Positions 13,691 through 27,858 of a stretch of 64,000 bases of DNA are shown one piece after another. A model generated the notes under the pieces. The model was not told where the DNA came from and searched no databases. It saw only the letters and a list, made by a program, of their open reading frames with translations. Origin of the DNA: the human T2T-CHM13v2.0 reference genome, Homo sapiens. Each line of letters starts with the position of its first letter. Position 1 is the stretch's first letter. The position numbers and the translations under genes are program-made. The stretch lies in the NCBI RefSeq assembly GCF_009914755.1, contig NC_060925.1; one strand, given 5' to 3'.

Positions 13691-16664
13691 ATAACTGCTA
13701 TGTCCCTCTACTTCTCAGCAGACCCTGCTACAGCGATGTGCATACCTCTGGTCTTGGCAAATTATTGGGGGGTTTTCTCTGCTGGTTTTTATTTAGTCCT
13801 AGAATAGTGATTCTCTACTGCATGAAGGGAGCTTGAAGATTTCCTCTCTTCCCAGGGCCTGGGGTCACAAATGAATTCTATGGAGCTGTGACAACAGACT
13901 CAGGACCAGCGTGGATAATGCCATGGAGTCCCTGCCTCCCCTGTGATTACCCATTCCTTCAGTTCTCAAAGGCTGTGGAAGCATCTGAAGAACAAAAAGC
14001 ACAGGTGTAAATTGCTGAATACCATTCAGGTGGCTAAAAAAAGCCATCACTGGTTGATGGGCAGATGTAAATTCAGGTGTCTACCTAAAAGCAGACTTAA
14101 CCAAAGCTCATGCATGTATTCAATCTCAATTGCTACCACTAATATGTGTCAGATACTAGATCAGATGTTGATGTTCTCAGTGTCTCTGTCTGATTCCATA
14201 ACAATCATCAATTCTTTTTTCTTTGATTCACCTTGTTTTATACACTCATTATTAATTAATTCAACTTTTACTACGTACCTATTGGGTAGCATCAGCTAAT
14301 GTGCTTAGTGGGAGGATACAATGATAGTTAAAATAGAATCTCTGGTCTGCAGTTCCTCCTATCTTACTTAGGAATCATTGGCATGGTGCCCCTCACAATA
14401 TTTTATATCCTTTCTTTATGGTAACTCAGGTGTTTTTGTTCATATAGGCCTACAAAAAGAAACTTCCTGGAGTCCCAAATCTCTGGTCATCAGGAAAGCC
14501 CTTTAATACTAAACTATAGCCAATACTTCCGTGGCTTACCAGTTTGAGTTTCCATGTCTCTGACTTTTTTATGGAATTCTACACTTAAAAAAAAATGCAT
14601 TGGGGCAGGAAAGGGGATAGAGGGTATATGTAATATATATGTGTTAGTATTTGTCCCAAATAAGTTTCTAGCTGAATCAGTTTGAGAAGTTTTGAGAATC
14701 TGGCAAATGAGGTACTAATGTCTAATTTGTAAATTGTTGTGAAGATTAAATGAAATAATATGTAAAGTGTGCTTATATGAAATAGACATTAAAATTGCAG
14801 TAGAGGAGAGAGAGAAGGAGAGCAGAAGAATTTGACATGGGAATTTTTTTTTAGCAGTAAAAGTACTGTAATAATATAGTAACTTCCATGACTAATGCAG
14901 AACCAGGATGAGGACTTTCTTAAAGAAACAGTGGTTTTTGTTATTGTTTTTGTTGCTTTGTTTGTTGATGGTGGAGATCTTCTTAGTGAAGTACGAGAAT
15001 CTATTCTGGATTTTTAAGTTCTTTAATTATATTCCTGCGTGGCTTTCCACGCTTTCTTAGCCTACATCAGAGGCCCCATATTACTGGGAAATTGCTCTGT
15101 GCTCATTGCCCTCCCAACTGCCTCATAGGAAGATAGTATTTTCTTTCTGCATCTGATTGCATTTTCTTTTATTTAAAAATATCTCTGAAGTAAGAGATAA
15201 GCCCATATCTTTTTGTTTAATTAAAAAAGATTGAGAGAGCCATTGGTGACAGCTAGATTGAGAAGATGCAAGATTTTTGGGTTTCAGAAGCCCAATCTTA
15301 CATTACGTAAAGAGTTTTTGAGGCCAACAAACCACAATGAAAAGGGCAGGAAACATAAATATATTTTATCCAACTTTTAGGAAACTATACATAAGATGAC
15401 CAGATACGAGTTCAGTATGAATCCAGCTCAGAATATGATAGGAATAATTAGAGGACTGACTTTGAAAGAAAGAAAAAAGCATTTTAATTTGGTTTTCTGA
15501 GGGCTTCTGGGAAGCCTACTGTAGGAAGATGAAATAGATTTAAGAAAGGGCTCAAGATTCAGCAATTGAAAATGTTTCAAGTTAAAACCAACTAGAACAA
15601 GGAAATTATAGGCCACTACACTAAAGTGGGAAAGAGACATAAAACTTTTATATGCAGAAATCCTCAAAAAATATAAAGAAATCTAGTAATGTGAACTTGG
15701 AGGTGCCATATGTAAAAATAACTAGAAGCAAGATAAGGGATTTTAGCTTTAGCGATCGGTGAAAGAAATGAGTGCCAAACCACAGGAAAAGTATTTTAGC
15801 TGAAAAAATAGGCTCTTGAAATATATTATCAGAATAAAGGAGCAAATGAAAAAGCTGTTCTTCTATCAAAATCAGAATTTGAAGATGGGAAGAAGAATTG
15901 ACATGAGTAATAGACCCAGTGACTGTTACTTCCTGAAGAAGCAATGCCAAGAGAAAGGCAGCTGGCTAGCACTGGGAACCCACTTCCTGGAATAACTGGG
16001 AAAAGGCTTGAGAGTAGGATGATAGAAATTAAAACATCAATGGAAAGGCAGGCAAATGATAAGGGAAAATATACACCAGGTCTTAATAACATATCATTAT
16101 TATTACACAATCTATAGCACACTATTTGACTACATCAAAATCTCTTGCTGTAAAGGGATCATACAAAAAGATCAATAAAACAACACTTTTAAACACTAAA
16201 GCAAATGAAGAAAAAATTAGTTAAGATGTAAGCTTATTTAGGTCTCTTCTGCCTGGTTGGATTAGTAAAAATTCAAAACAGAGGTAAACGTTATTTTTCT
16301 AAAGTAAGGTTGAGAATTTAAATTCAGAGGAGGGCAAGCAGTATGTATTGAAGATCTGGCAGTCTTCTGGTTAATTTTTTTAATGTGGATAGCTTTAAAG
16401 TATTTTTTTAACTTTTACTATTAGAATTAACTTTCTATAATATTAACTGTGTTTTGTCAAGTGCCCTCGTTGTGCTATATAAATACAGCATGGAGAAATA
16501 CGAGTATACAACTTAAGATTTTTCAGCAATATTTATACCAATACATTTTTTGATAAACATAGACTATAGAATTATATATATGTAAATCTATAGATATAAT
16601 AGATGAGAAAATACAAATCTTCTTTACAGATATTAACTCATTTACATATATTAATATAAGTGGG

Positions 16665-16860
16665 TCCTTTACATATATTAACTCATTTATTCCTTTAAAA
16701 AAGCCTGTAAGGTAAATTAAATTATCGTCCTCATTATGTAAGGTGAGAATACAAAGACCTCAAGATTTGAGGAACTTGCCCAAGATCTCAGAGCCAGTTC
16801 CTTTTATCTGAGTCTAAGTTTTCTAGTGCCCATGCATGGGCTTTTTACCACTGTGTTATG
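16665..16860 (-). mobile_element. MIR
   Basis: tattaactcatttattcct...gaggaacttgcccaagatctcagag. Confidence 0.65.
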
Positions 16861-17637
16861 CAACCATCACAAAAACAGGGAGGTAGATGTATACTTTTGA
16901 AATTATTGTTAAAAGTATAAAAAACACATATTGAGAACAGGGCAGGATGTACTTAATTCTGAGCAGTTGGAGGGAAGGTTAGGAACTTCTTATATGAAAG
17001 TTAAGAATTTGCTGAGATGGTAAGGTGGAAAAGGACATTCTTGCAGAGAGGTGTGAGAGATCATGCATTTGAGGAAGAGAGTGATGACAAATAAATGCTG
17101 CTGACAACACGAAGCAGAAGTATGTACAGTCACTAACTCTCATTAATTTATTTTCACTTCACTGCAGAGGAAGTAAATATTCATTTGCTAAATTCATCCT
17201 CCTTAATCTGAAGCCAAAAATATATTCCCCTCAAGTGAAGTAGACTTCCATATTAACTTTAAGAGATAATAACTAAGCAATTGATTGGTGTGCTGAAAGT
17301 AGATTAAATTTCATTAGGATAGCTAAAGTGACTGCCTCATCATTTCAAATTCCAAGTATTGTGATTCTACCAAAAAGCAAAATAGATGAAATGTTTCATG
17401 TAATTGATTGGTCAATCTAAACTATATAGATACTACTCCAAAAAACTATTTTTTCTCTTTTACATTCTATCTGTAGAATAAGTCTTCAAGATACTCTATC
17501 TTCCTAATAACAGAGCTCTCTTTATTACCATTAACATGTCTGTTTTTGCAATCTCGGTTTTTAAATTATTTGAGCGATTTTTGAAATACCACAATCTGGT
17601 CTATTTTTTTCCTGGAATCTTTATTTTATAAGAATCC

Positions 17638-17970
17638 GGCCAGGTGCAGTGGCTCAATGAGTAATCCCAGCACTTTGGGAGGCTGAGGCAGACAGACCAC
17701 TTGAACCCAGGAGTTCAAGACCAGCCTGAGCAGCATGGCAAAACCCCATCTCTACAAAAACAAAACAAAACAAACAAACCAAAAAATTAGCCAGGCACGT
17801 CACCTGTAGTCCCAGCTACTCAGGAGGCTGAGGTGGAAGGATTACCTGACTCCAGAGGCTGAATCTGCAGTGAGCTGAGATCATGCCACTGTACTCCCTC
17901 CTGGGCTACAGAGTGAGACTCTGTCTCAAAAAAAAAAAAAAAAGAAAGAAAGAAAGAAAGAAAAAAACAA
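17638..17970 (+). mobile_element. Alu (J-like) with an A/(GAAA)n tail
   Basis: ggccaggtgcagtggctca through gagactctgtctcaaaaaaaa(gaaa)n. Confidence 0.93.
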
Positions 17971-18879
17971 AATATAGACAAATATAGAAAATAATATGAT
18001 GAAATGGCCATATATTAAGACAGATTAGGCTATGAAAAATTTTTAGTTCTATCAGTTTCTCTCATACTTAAAATCATTGAAGTCTTTTTTAAAATTTTTG
18101 AAATGCTGAATCATATTCTCAATGAAATAGGTTTCTTGAGCTGCTTTGGAATTGCCTCTAAGAAAAAGTTAATCTTTAATCTCTTGGTGCATAATCTGTG
18201 TCCCAAGTTAACTAAATTAGACAATTGATTTTGAGGTTCACCAAATTTCATTTCTACTTCTCACTACTACCCCAATATTCTACCCCTACTTCACTCTTAT
18301 TTGAATTCCTTGCATTTTTCCTGGAATAAAACTGTACCTTAATTTTGAAGCCATTCTTGTGACTCTGGTGTCTTCATTTAGTTCCTGCTATTGTTTCCAC
18401 TACTTCCCAGCCTCCTATCCCCATTAAGAACCAAAGCTCTTTGAAGATTCAGCTCCTGTACTTACACTCACTGATGAGATCTCAGGTACTGATGCCAGAC
18501 AAGCCAGAATCTGAGTTAGTCATGGTCTTTAGAGAGCCCTCAGTTCCTGATACACAGATAATTCGCCACAAATGCCTCTAAACACCTCCACAGGGGCACC
18601 AAATGATCTACTTTATAGTTGCCCACATACTGATAATAATAATAATAAACACACTGTCTGATTTCTCCACAGACTGGGAGCTCCAAGGCTCCGATCCTCC
18701 ACTCATCAGAGCTGCTCATAGTACTGCAGTTGCTTTCTACCCTCCTACCACCCTTACACTTCAAGTTAACAGCTCCAACAATGAGGTTTCCATGACATAA
18801 TCATCTCTCCAATAGGACTGGACTCAATCAGAACATATATTTCAAGGACCATAACTGCCTAGATGCCAACTAATGGCAG

Positions 18880-19249
18880 TGTCTTAGTTAGCTTGGATTG
18901 GTATAACAAAATACTATAAACTGAGTGTCTCATAAACAACATAAATTTATTTTTCATAGTTCTAAAGGCTCAGAAAGTCTAAGATCAAGGCACTGGAAGA
19001 TTTGGTGTCTGGTGAAGGCCTGCTTCCTGGTTCATAGACAGCTTGTTCTTGCTATGTTCTTACATGGCAGGAAGAGAGAGAAAAAGGTCTCTGGGGTCCC
19101 TTTTATAAAGGACATTAATATTAATAAGTGTTCCACCCTAATGACCTGAGTACCTCTCAAAGAGCCTACCTCTTAATACCATTACAATGGGGGTTAGGAT
19201 TTCAACATATTAACTTTGTGATGGGGGCACAAACATTCAATCCACTGTA
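18880..19249 (-). mobile_element. MaLR LTR (MLT1A/MST-type)
   Basis: tgtcttagtt...ataacaaaatac...aagtctaagatcaagg...ggggttaggatttcaacat...aaacattcaatccact. Confidence 0.85.
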
Positions 19250-19735
19250 TTCCACCTTAGCCCTCCAAAATTCATATCCTTCTTACATGCAATATACATT
19301 TATTCCATTCCAAGAGCCCCAAAGATCTTAACTCATTTCAGCATCAACTCTAGTCTAAAGTCCAAATTAGCATCTAAATATCATCTAAATTAGATAGGGG
19401 TGAAACTCAAGGTACAATTCATCCTAAGGCGAAATTCCTCTCCAGCTGTGCTGGTTATTTGCTTTCCAAATGCAATTGTGTGACAGGCATTGGGTAGACA
19501 TTCCGATTTCCAAAGAGAAAAATAAGAAAGAAGAAAAAAGAGTGACAGATCTCAAGCAAGTCCAAAACCTAGCAAGCCAAGCTCCATGAAACCTTAAACC
19601 TCAAGAACAATCCTCTTTGGCTAAATGTTCTGCCTTCCAGACACACTGGGGTGGCAATGTCACCCGCACAGTTTGGCTGGGTCCTGCTTGCCTGGCTCTT
19701 TGCAGCAGCCTCACCCATGCCTTAGTTCTCTGTCA
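19250..19735 (-). mobile_element. MaLR internal sequence contiguous with the LTR
   Basis: ccaaaattcatatccttcttacatgcaa...aactcatttcagcatcaactc...aaagtccaaa, with a purine-rich PPT-like tract (reverse complement gggctaaggtggaa) abutting the LTR. Confidence 0.75.
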
Positions 19736-22700
19736 GGGAAGGGGTCCATTTTAAGCAGGGATCCTAAATTACCACAGCCCCAAAAAAGGCTCAGATCCAG
19801 GGAGTTGCCTCTATCAAATGCCATTGGCTGAAAGATATTGTCAGCCTAACATGTTGCAGTTTCCAAGAAAGATGAGGTAAGAAGGAAAATAATCTCTCCA
19901 GGACACCTGGAAAGTCTGAAAATGATAAACACCATGACAATTATATTTTTGTATGGAGGTAAGTGCCTCAGTGCATACACCTTACATAAAACTTCATGTT
20001 TCCTTCAGAAATATAGTTTGGTGAGATGCTTTTTGAGAGTTATCCTTAGGTATCTTCTGACACCTAAAGCTCAAGTTTCCTTTTCTTTTTTTTATCATTC
20101 ACATGAACTATGGTTCTGAGTGATATATTGATAGTAGAAAACAAATAAGAAATTTTCTTCCCCGCTATGCTTTATACATTCACTTTTGCATAATATTCTT
20201 TAGTAAAATTAGAAGGAGTCACTGAAGGACCCTAAAATATCATAGGGTCTGACAATAACAAAATCTAATTAACCCAATTTTCTTTCGCTTGAAGCACTGT
20301 GAATTTTAAAAAGTTGGACTATGTTTAAGCATTTTATGTACAAGATAATTTCCATTTGTTTTTACAGTGAGAAAAATTTGTCTTCTGTAATATGCTAAGT
20401 TACATGAATATTAACTCTATGAATGTTTTCTTTGGGGAATAATAGACTTTTCCCCACTTTAGAAGAGCCACTTTAAAAAGAAATTCTATAATATTATTTA
20501 TAATTAAACTATGTAGCAAGTAATCATATCTCTGAGTTTATGATAATTTAGCATAGTTTGAGTTAAAGTCTTCTATATTCCTTGAAGGCATGAGCCACAT
20601 TTGATTTATTTATTCTTAAAAAATCTTCCTTGTTCCAAAACACCTATGGACAGTGCTTTAAACAATACTAAATTTTGATGAATAAATTAAAATAATGTAT
20701 ACACTTGAAATGACTTAAATTCAATATATTACATAACTTTGAGTTCACCATTTCACAATTTAGCTTATTTGTGATTGGTCCAAATTCCTTAATTTTTTTA
20801 GATATTTGAATTTTTTCTAACTATAGCATCTTTTGCTGTGATAAATCTGATCACTTCAGATTCATATAAAGAACTAGATTGGCAACTTCATTATTATATG
20901 TTACAATTATTTATGGATGTATCACATCACATAAAAATGCAAGTTTAAGGCAACTGAGAAAACACACTATTAAAAAAGAATAAACTGGAATAGATGCACC
21001 AGAAAATGTTAAACTATTTTGGTAGATTTCAGTTTTGCTAAATTCTTAAATATGTTTGGCCTAACACATTTCTCTTTAATTCCCTTAATATACCCTGTGG
21101 ATTTTCACAGAAATTTGAACCATATGTTTCTGATTAATTTATACTTAACTCATCAACATGTTTGGTAAGAATGATTTGAAGCACAATGCCTCCTGAACAG
21201 TTTTGTGGGCTCTTTTATTTTAGTTAGTAAACAATTGGAACCTGAACCCAGAAATCTTGGGGCTTCATTTAATACTCAAATTCCATAAAGAATGAGGGAG
21301 TTCTTAACTGGATCAGGCACACTTTGCCTTTGACAGTGCTTAGCTCCAAATCTTGCAGCTGGGAGGAATTATTCTGATAGTTCACTCTCTTTCTTGTCAC
21401 TTTTATTTTAGAGGATATAAACCTTTGATGGTGCAAAACCTGTATGAGTCAGGACTAGCTGCCACCCATCAGTCCCAGTTGTAAATTAAGAAAATTAAGC
21501 AGTGCAATTCAGTAATCTCCCATTACCTACCTACTATAATTTGTTTATGTGTTTATGTAGAGAGAGAAAGAAAAGATGGAAATTTTTACCTGGCTCTCTC
21601 TGGGGTCTAAGTGAACAAGTATAAGGTTATCTGTTTAATGATTATTTCCACAAGCTAATTATTCCTTCACTTTCCAGTCTAACTCCAGCATCTTTGGTGA
21701 AGCATGGGATCAATCCATTCCCTTTCTCTACCAACTCAGGGAAACATACACTAAAGATCTGTGTCTGAGTGTTTCATGAAAGATATTTGGTCCCAGCATC
21801 ATGAATGATGGCTAGTTGTGCTCTGTCATCTATCGTCCGGTGGGGCTTTATTTTTCCCATTAAAATGTCTGACATCTCATTTTTTTTTATTTTTTTATTT
21901 TTGGAAATTAGCAACCATACCTTCTGTTCCTCCTCCTTCCTCACAGGCATTCCTCCAACAGCTGTCAGATCCCAGGTTCCTTGCGGTTTCTGTTTATGAA
22001 GACCCTTAACACTCTGTAAAACATTAGAGATAATCTGCTTATATTGATATCTACTTTTCCCTCCACCCACTCCCACTACCTCCTTCATTACCAGACTCCA
22101 AGCCTTCCCTGTTACTTCTAAGGACTCCTTTGGAAACAAGATCTTAGGTCTAAAGGCATTCCTTTCCTTCTGCTACCCTTTGAGAATTCGAAATAAAAAT
22201 CCTCTGGCTTTGAGATATGTGTAATTTCTGTAGAAGAAACTTAAAAACAGAAGATTAGTGTACTGAAATAAGAATAATCCGAAGGAAATTCCTAAGGAGA
22301 AAAACAGCTCTCTTTCATCAGCTCTCCCAGGAATTAAAGAGAGATGAAACAGATATGTGTGGTATTTAGAGAAAAAAATGCACTTTTCAATACACAGCAT
22401 AAAATCTACCTTCTGAGTTTCACAAATAAAGGTCTTAATCTTTTCTTTTATCAAACTAGAGCGGTATAACTTAACAACAACAACAAAACTACAGTGAAAA
22501 AAATGTGCAGAAATGAGTCCTGAGCTAGTCATTTAATAAACATTCCTGGACCAAGGTGTTATGGAAATAAGGCACTAGGGATGGAAGTATGTTACCCCTT
22601 GCTTATAATCATTAAGGACTTTTTATTTCCCTGACATAAATGACATAAATCATTTTGCCCTATTAAGATAAAAGTCTGAGTGGCCTTGCTCCAAAGCAGG

Positions 22701-23066
22701 GAGATGAAAAAATTTCTACATCTTCTGTATACTATTTATTTTCAATTTCATCCTTTAAAAATTTATTTTCAAAATATATTTTATAATACGATTAATATAC
22801 TAGTTAGTAGCACATGTAAACATTTTACACATAAGTACAAAGATGTTGGAAGGACTGGCTCAAAACATTTATTTTGTTTTACTAGTAGGGATGCATGATC
22901 ATAAATATGTAATAGGTCCACTGACCTATTACGAAGAATAATGAATCAGTAATCCTGGATTTGAGACACTGCGACCTGTTACCACTCAGCTACTTGTCCT
23001 TACCCAGGTCACTTAGTTCTCTGAATTTCCATTTCAAGTTTTATAGTTAAATTAGACACTGCCTGA

Positions 23067-23440
<374 letters not shown>

Positions 23441-24239
23441 AGTAATTTCACTTCCACAGTGACTTGCAAATGAACAGGTTGCAAAGGTAAATAAGACTTT
23501 CATCAAAGAGCTGAGGATCTAATAATGGTGGAAGAAGAAATTAAAAGGTTTATTCTATTTTAATTGTTACAATGAGGCTGCCAGAAACAGCACCATCCTA
23601 CTGTACATGACTGTTGGATGTGACGCTTTCTCCTTCTCAGGATTTCCCTGGTGGTGGGTTTAGGAACGGAATCATTTATGCACACAGGGAAGGAAAATTC
23701 TTCATGGCCATACTTTGGGAGCAAATACTACTAACTCAATTGTTAAAGATGAAGTAAGAAAATAGTTGAGCTAATAGAGGGTCCGCTTTGATGGGTATTT
23801 CTAAGGCTTCCCTATTTACATTCTCACATTTCTAGTATAGAAAACTTTTTAGATCTTATGGTTTATTCTAGGTCCATTTTATTAAAATATTACGATTCAT
23901 TTTCTTAAATCAAGATTCTCGAATGTGTCCCTTGTGAGATTAGGGAGTCCATTCTTATGTTAACCCAACTGATCAAGTTTTGCCCTCTAATCACACTGCT
24001 TAGCTATAGAATATACGTAGTGCATTTCATTCATTTCCTTACAAAATTAAAAAATATGTGTGATGTATCTTCCTCACTATATTTTTGGTTTCTTGAAAAC
24101 AAAGACAGTGTTTAATTCATTTTGGAGCCTCCAAAGCTCCAGGCATGATATTTCTTGCCCATTGCAGGTATTCAGAACAAGTATCAAATGAATGAATGAA
24201 TGAGCAAGAGGAGAGCGGTACCTTACCAAAATCTAGAAA

Positions 24240-24400
24240 AGCTTTCTCAAAATGCGATCTGTGGACTATTTGCATCATTCACTCACTTGAGACCCTGTTT
24301 CAAATGCACTTTATTGGGCCCCGCTTCAAACATATCAAATCCTTCACATATTGATAAGCTCACCAAGAGATTCTGTGCATGTAAAGTTTGGAATCACCAA
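24240..24400. mobile_element. MER5-type hAT MITE remnant
   Basis: ttctcaaaatgcgatctgtggac...gattctgtgcatgtaaagtttggaatcacc. Confidence 0.6.
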
Positions 24401-24619
24401 TTAAGAGAATTATCAGTACTTTACCCCTTTTATTTCCAGTGAATGTCAGGGACATGAATGATGGCTTCTATACAAAGATTTCTTGAGACCTAAACTTTTC
24501 CTTTGCTTCTGAACTTTGTTCAGCATCCCATCTGTACCCCTAAGGCTGCATGTTTGTGGGAATTTAACAGCAGAGATTTTATTGTAGTGGTGGAGGATTA
24601 AGGGCTGTTTGGAAGTTGT

Positions 24620-24880
24620 GACTAATAATGGCTACAATGTATTGAGTACTTATGCTATATTTTGTTTTATAGATATATAAATATGTACTTTATATCATCT
24701 CACATTAATTCCTATTTATTAGGTAATGTTATTAGGTCCATAATAAGACTTATGATAAGAAAATTGGAGCAGGAAAAAAAGGAAAGTAACTTGCCTGTGA
24801 TCACACAGTAAGTGGTAGAGCCATTCAAATCCTGGCAATGTGGTTCTAAAATCCACATGTTTAACCACTATGCAAAACTG
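24620..24880 (-). mobile_element. MIR
   Basis: aataatggctacaatgtattgagtacttatg...aagtaacttgcctgtgatcacacagtaagtggtagagcc. Confidence 0.75.
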
Positions 24881-26289
24881 CCTAACAAGAAAAGATAGTA
24901 AAGAAAAAACCTCTAGGGAGTTCAAGGGCGAAAGAAATCATATGCTGCCACAAGAAGACTTCCAACTGAGAAACTAATGATGTGCTTCTGTAGCTGTGAG
25001 TTACTGTAAGCAACTGTGAAGATATGATTTCGTAGCATTTTCCCAAATAACGGTTGCTTAGTTGCTCTCACACCCTCTACACTCCAGTCACAATTGTACT
25101 TATTGGAGCAGGTGGCTCTGGTAAATCTTAGTATGAGCTGTCACTCAGGGAATCAGGGTTCTCAGTGTGGGGGAAGGAAAGTGTGAGAGTAATGGGAATG
25201 TTCTCAAAATAGAAACTTTGTTCTCAGTAGTCAGGGGCACAGGTAAATTAAGAAGGGAGCTAAGACCCAGAACTACCTGTGTTACTGAGATGGGACACAC
25301 AATTCAAATGATCAAGCATGTATTAAATGCCTGCTATATGCCAGGTATAACGCTAGTCTCCAGTGGAAGAATTTCCTCTGAATATGGAAGAGTATCTAGC
25401 AGGGCAAGAAGTAATGGAATAAGGCAAATTCCAGTCACTAGATCTGGTGAACAAACACAGGAAGGGTCACAAAGTAGGTCATTCTTCTGAGAGATCACCT
25501 TCAAACACTGATTAAAGTTTCATGGCACACCTAAAACCAAGTATTCTCTTTCCCTCAACAAGGTAGGATTTTTTTTCAAAGTAAATCCTAAAAATAAAAG
25601 CGAAAAAAAAGAAAGTTCTTTGAAAAAATATGCAACAAAAAGTACTTTTCAGCGTGAATATTTCAGTACAACTCAGCATGCATTTAAAATGAAAGGTGAA
25701 TTATTCGCTATCAAGAAACTTCAAAGCTCTTCAATTGAATTTGCTTGGCAGCAAAATAATATGATGGGTGGTCTGTTCAGGCACTTGTCCAAGTCCAATC
25801 ACATTACATTTTCATAGTATCAACATTTAAAAGCCCCATCCTTGTTGCATCAACAGCAATGCATGGGAACCTCTCCCGAACACGTGGCAACCAGCACATT
25901 ATACAAATATGTTTGCTCCACAAGCCAGACTGCCGTTTTCCAGAAAATACAAACTCAGCAAATGAATGAAGGATTTGCATGTTAACAACTCAGAGCTCTA
26001 CCATTTGAAATATATCACATGGACCTGAGGAGTGAGGATTCATCTCATTAACAGTCAGTTGACTTTGCAAAAGCATGGACATCATTTTCCAGCTCAAATG
26101 TCAGAGAAGAAGCTAAAATGCAAGTTTTCTGACTTTGAAATCAGTTCATTTTCCATTTCATAGGATGCTTCTCGGTTCAATTTTCCATATCACTGAGCCT
26201 AGGTTAGAGTTACTGTATATTCACCAACTTTTTTCCCTCTCTCCTAATATATAAGGAGTAGCTTATGGGGCTGACAACATAGATTTCAG

Positions 26290-26725
26290 TCCACAACTGT
26301 TACTAACTCAATGTACCTAAGCAAGTCACTTGACTTCTCTGAAATACAGTTTTTTTAGCCTTTAACTGTATTGATTAAATTGAATGGGTTTTAAAAGGAT
26401 TGTATAAAAATGTTTGCAAATTGTAAGCACTATGCAAATATGTTAGTATTGATAATAATAATCACCTTCCTGAGGTAAAGGAAGATATACATGCTCTTGT
26501 TCCTCATATAGAGCAGTAATAATAATTGAATATTGTTGAACACTTGCTATGTATCAGGCACCGTTCTAAATGTTGTACTTCTATAAACTGATTTAATCTT
26601 TACCACAAGCCTATGAAGTAGTTATTATTATCATTCCCAATCTACATATGAAACATCCGAGGTTCAGAGAGGCAACTAGAACAACTGAGATTCCAACCCC
26701 AGAGCCCCACTTCATGGCCACTACT
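26290..26725. mobile_element. Two MIR fragments in opposite orientation
   Basis: gcaagtcacttgacttctctg (+ strand, about 26320) and ttgaacacttgctatgtatcaggcac...gaggttcagagagg (- strand, about 26535-26670). Confidence 0.65.
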
Positions 26726-27377
26726 GCATAAGGCATATGATATAATGAATGGCCATTGGACCAGTAATCAGCCAACCTTTAATCTGTTTCTGGTTCAGGG
26801 ACCTCCTACCCATAGCCTAGAACCAAGCAGATGCTAAGGAAACACTGGACTCATTGATGAGCCACATGTTCTTTCACCAATCTCTGAGTCCCAGTTCACC
26901 TTTCCACCTTGCTTATACATGTGACACTCCATGAGAAAACACGTACTTCACAAGTGTTAGGTGCTATTAGCATATTTGTTAAGAAAAACAGTGACACTTG
27001 AATGAGTGGCTAAACTGGTGTGCTTCCAAGGTCTACATTCATTTTACCCCTTTTTTGGTCTAGTCTAGTATGTGGTGAATTCAGTTTAGGTATCAGGGTA
27101 GAACTTGCTGACTGTATTTCCACATATAGAAATGTCAGGGGATCTTGGAAGACATATGCAAGGCCAAGGATCTTGCTGCAGGTCCATCTGGTGAATCCTC
27201 TATGGAACATGCAAGGCCTGAGGGACGGCTCTATTGCCAGACCACTTCCTGTGTTATATCCTGAAGCCTCCACATTTTTGGCCACTCACCCTTGCAGGCC
27301 CTCCCCTCTACAGCTGTTCTGGCTGATAACTTTCAAAACATAAAATAATACAAGCCTAACACATGATTACTACTACT

Positions 27378-27858
27378 TTTAATGGGTTGAGCATTGTCCT
27401 CCCAAAATTCATGTTTACCCAGAACTTCAGAAAGTCACTTTATTTGGAAATAGGGTGTTTTCACATGTGATTAGTTAAGGATTTCAGGTGTAAATCACCC
27501 TGGATTTAGGGTGGGCACTAAATCCAATGCCTGGTGTTCTTATGAAGAAAGGAGAGAGAGATTTGGGCACAGAGACACAGATGCAGAAGAACCGGAGATA
27601 CAGAGAACACCGTGCAAAGCTAGAGGTAGAGACTGGAGTGATATTACTACAGACCAAAGAACACAAGGGATTGCCAGGAGCCACCAGAAGCTGGAAGAAG
27701 CAAGGAAGAATTTTTCCCTGGAACCTTAGGAGGGAGGATGGCCCTGCTGACATTTTGCTTTCAGACTTCCAGCCTCCAGAACTGTGAGAGAATAATTTTT
27801 TCTCTTTTTAAGCCACCCGAGTTTTGGTGATTTGATACAGCCCTAGAAAACAAATCGA
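27378..27858 (+). mobile_element. MLT1C-like MaLR solo LTR
   Basis: aatgggttgagcattgtcctcccaaaattcatg...ccaccagaagctggaagaagcaagg...cagacttccagcctccagaactgtgagagaata. Confidence 0.88.

Noticed and set aside
16622-16690. Short imperfect direct duplications (also 46658-46687, 60043-60076 and 61989-62040)
   Set aside because: Ordinary local slippage within or beside old repeats, with no sign of function.
22914-22927. Estrogen response element
   Set aside because: AGGTCC-AC-TGACCT has a 2-nt spacer and one mismatch. An ERE needs IR3.
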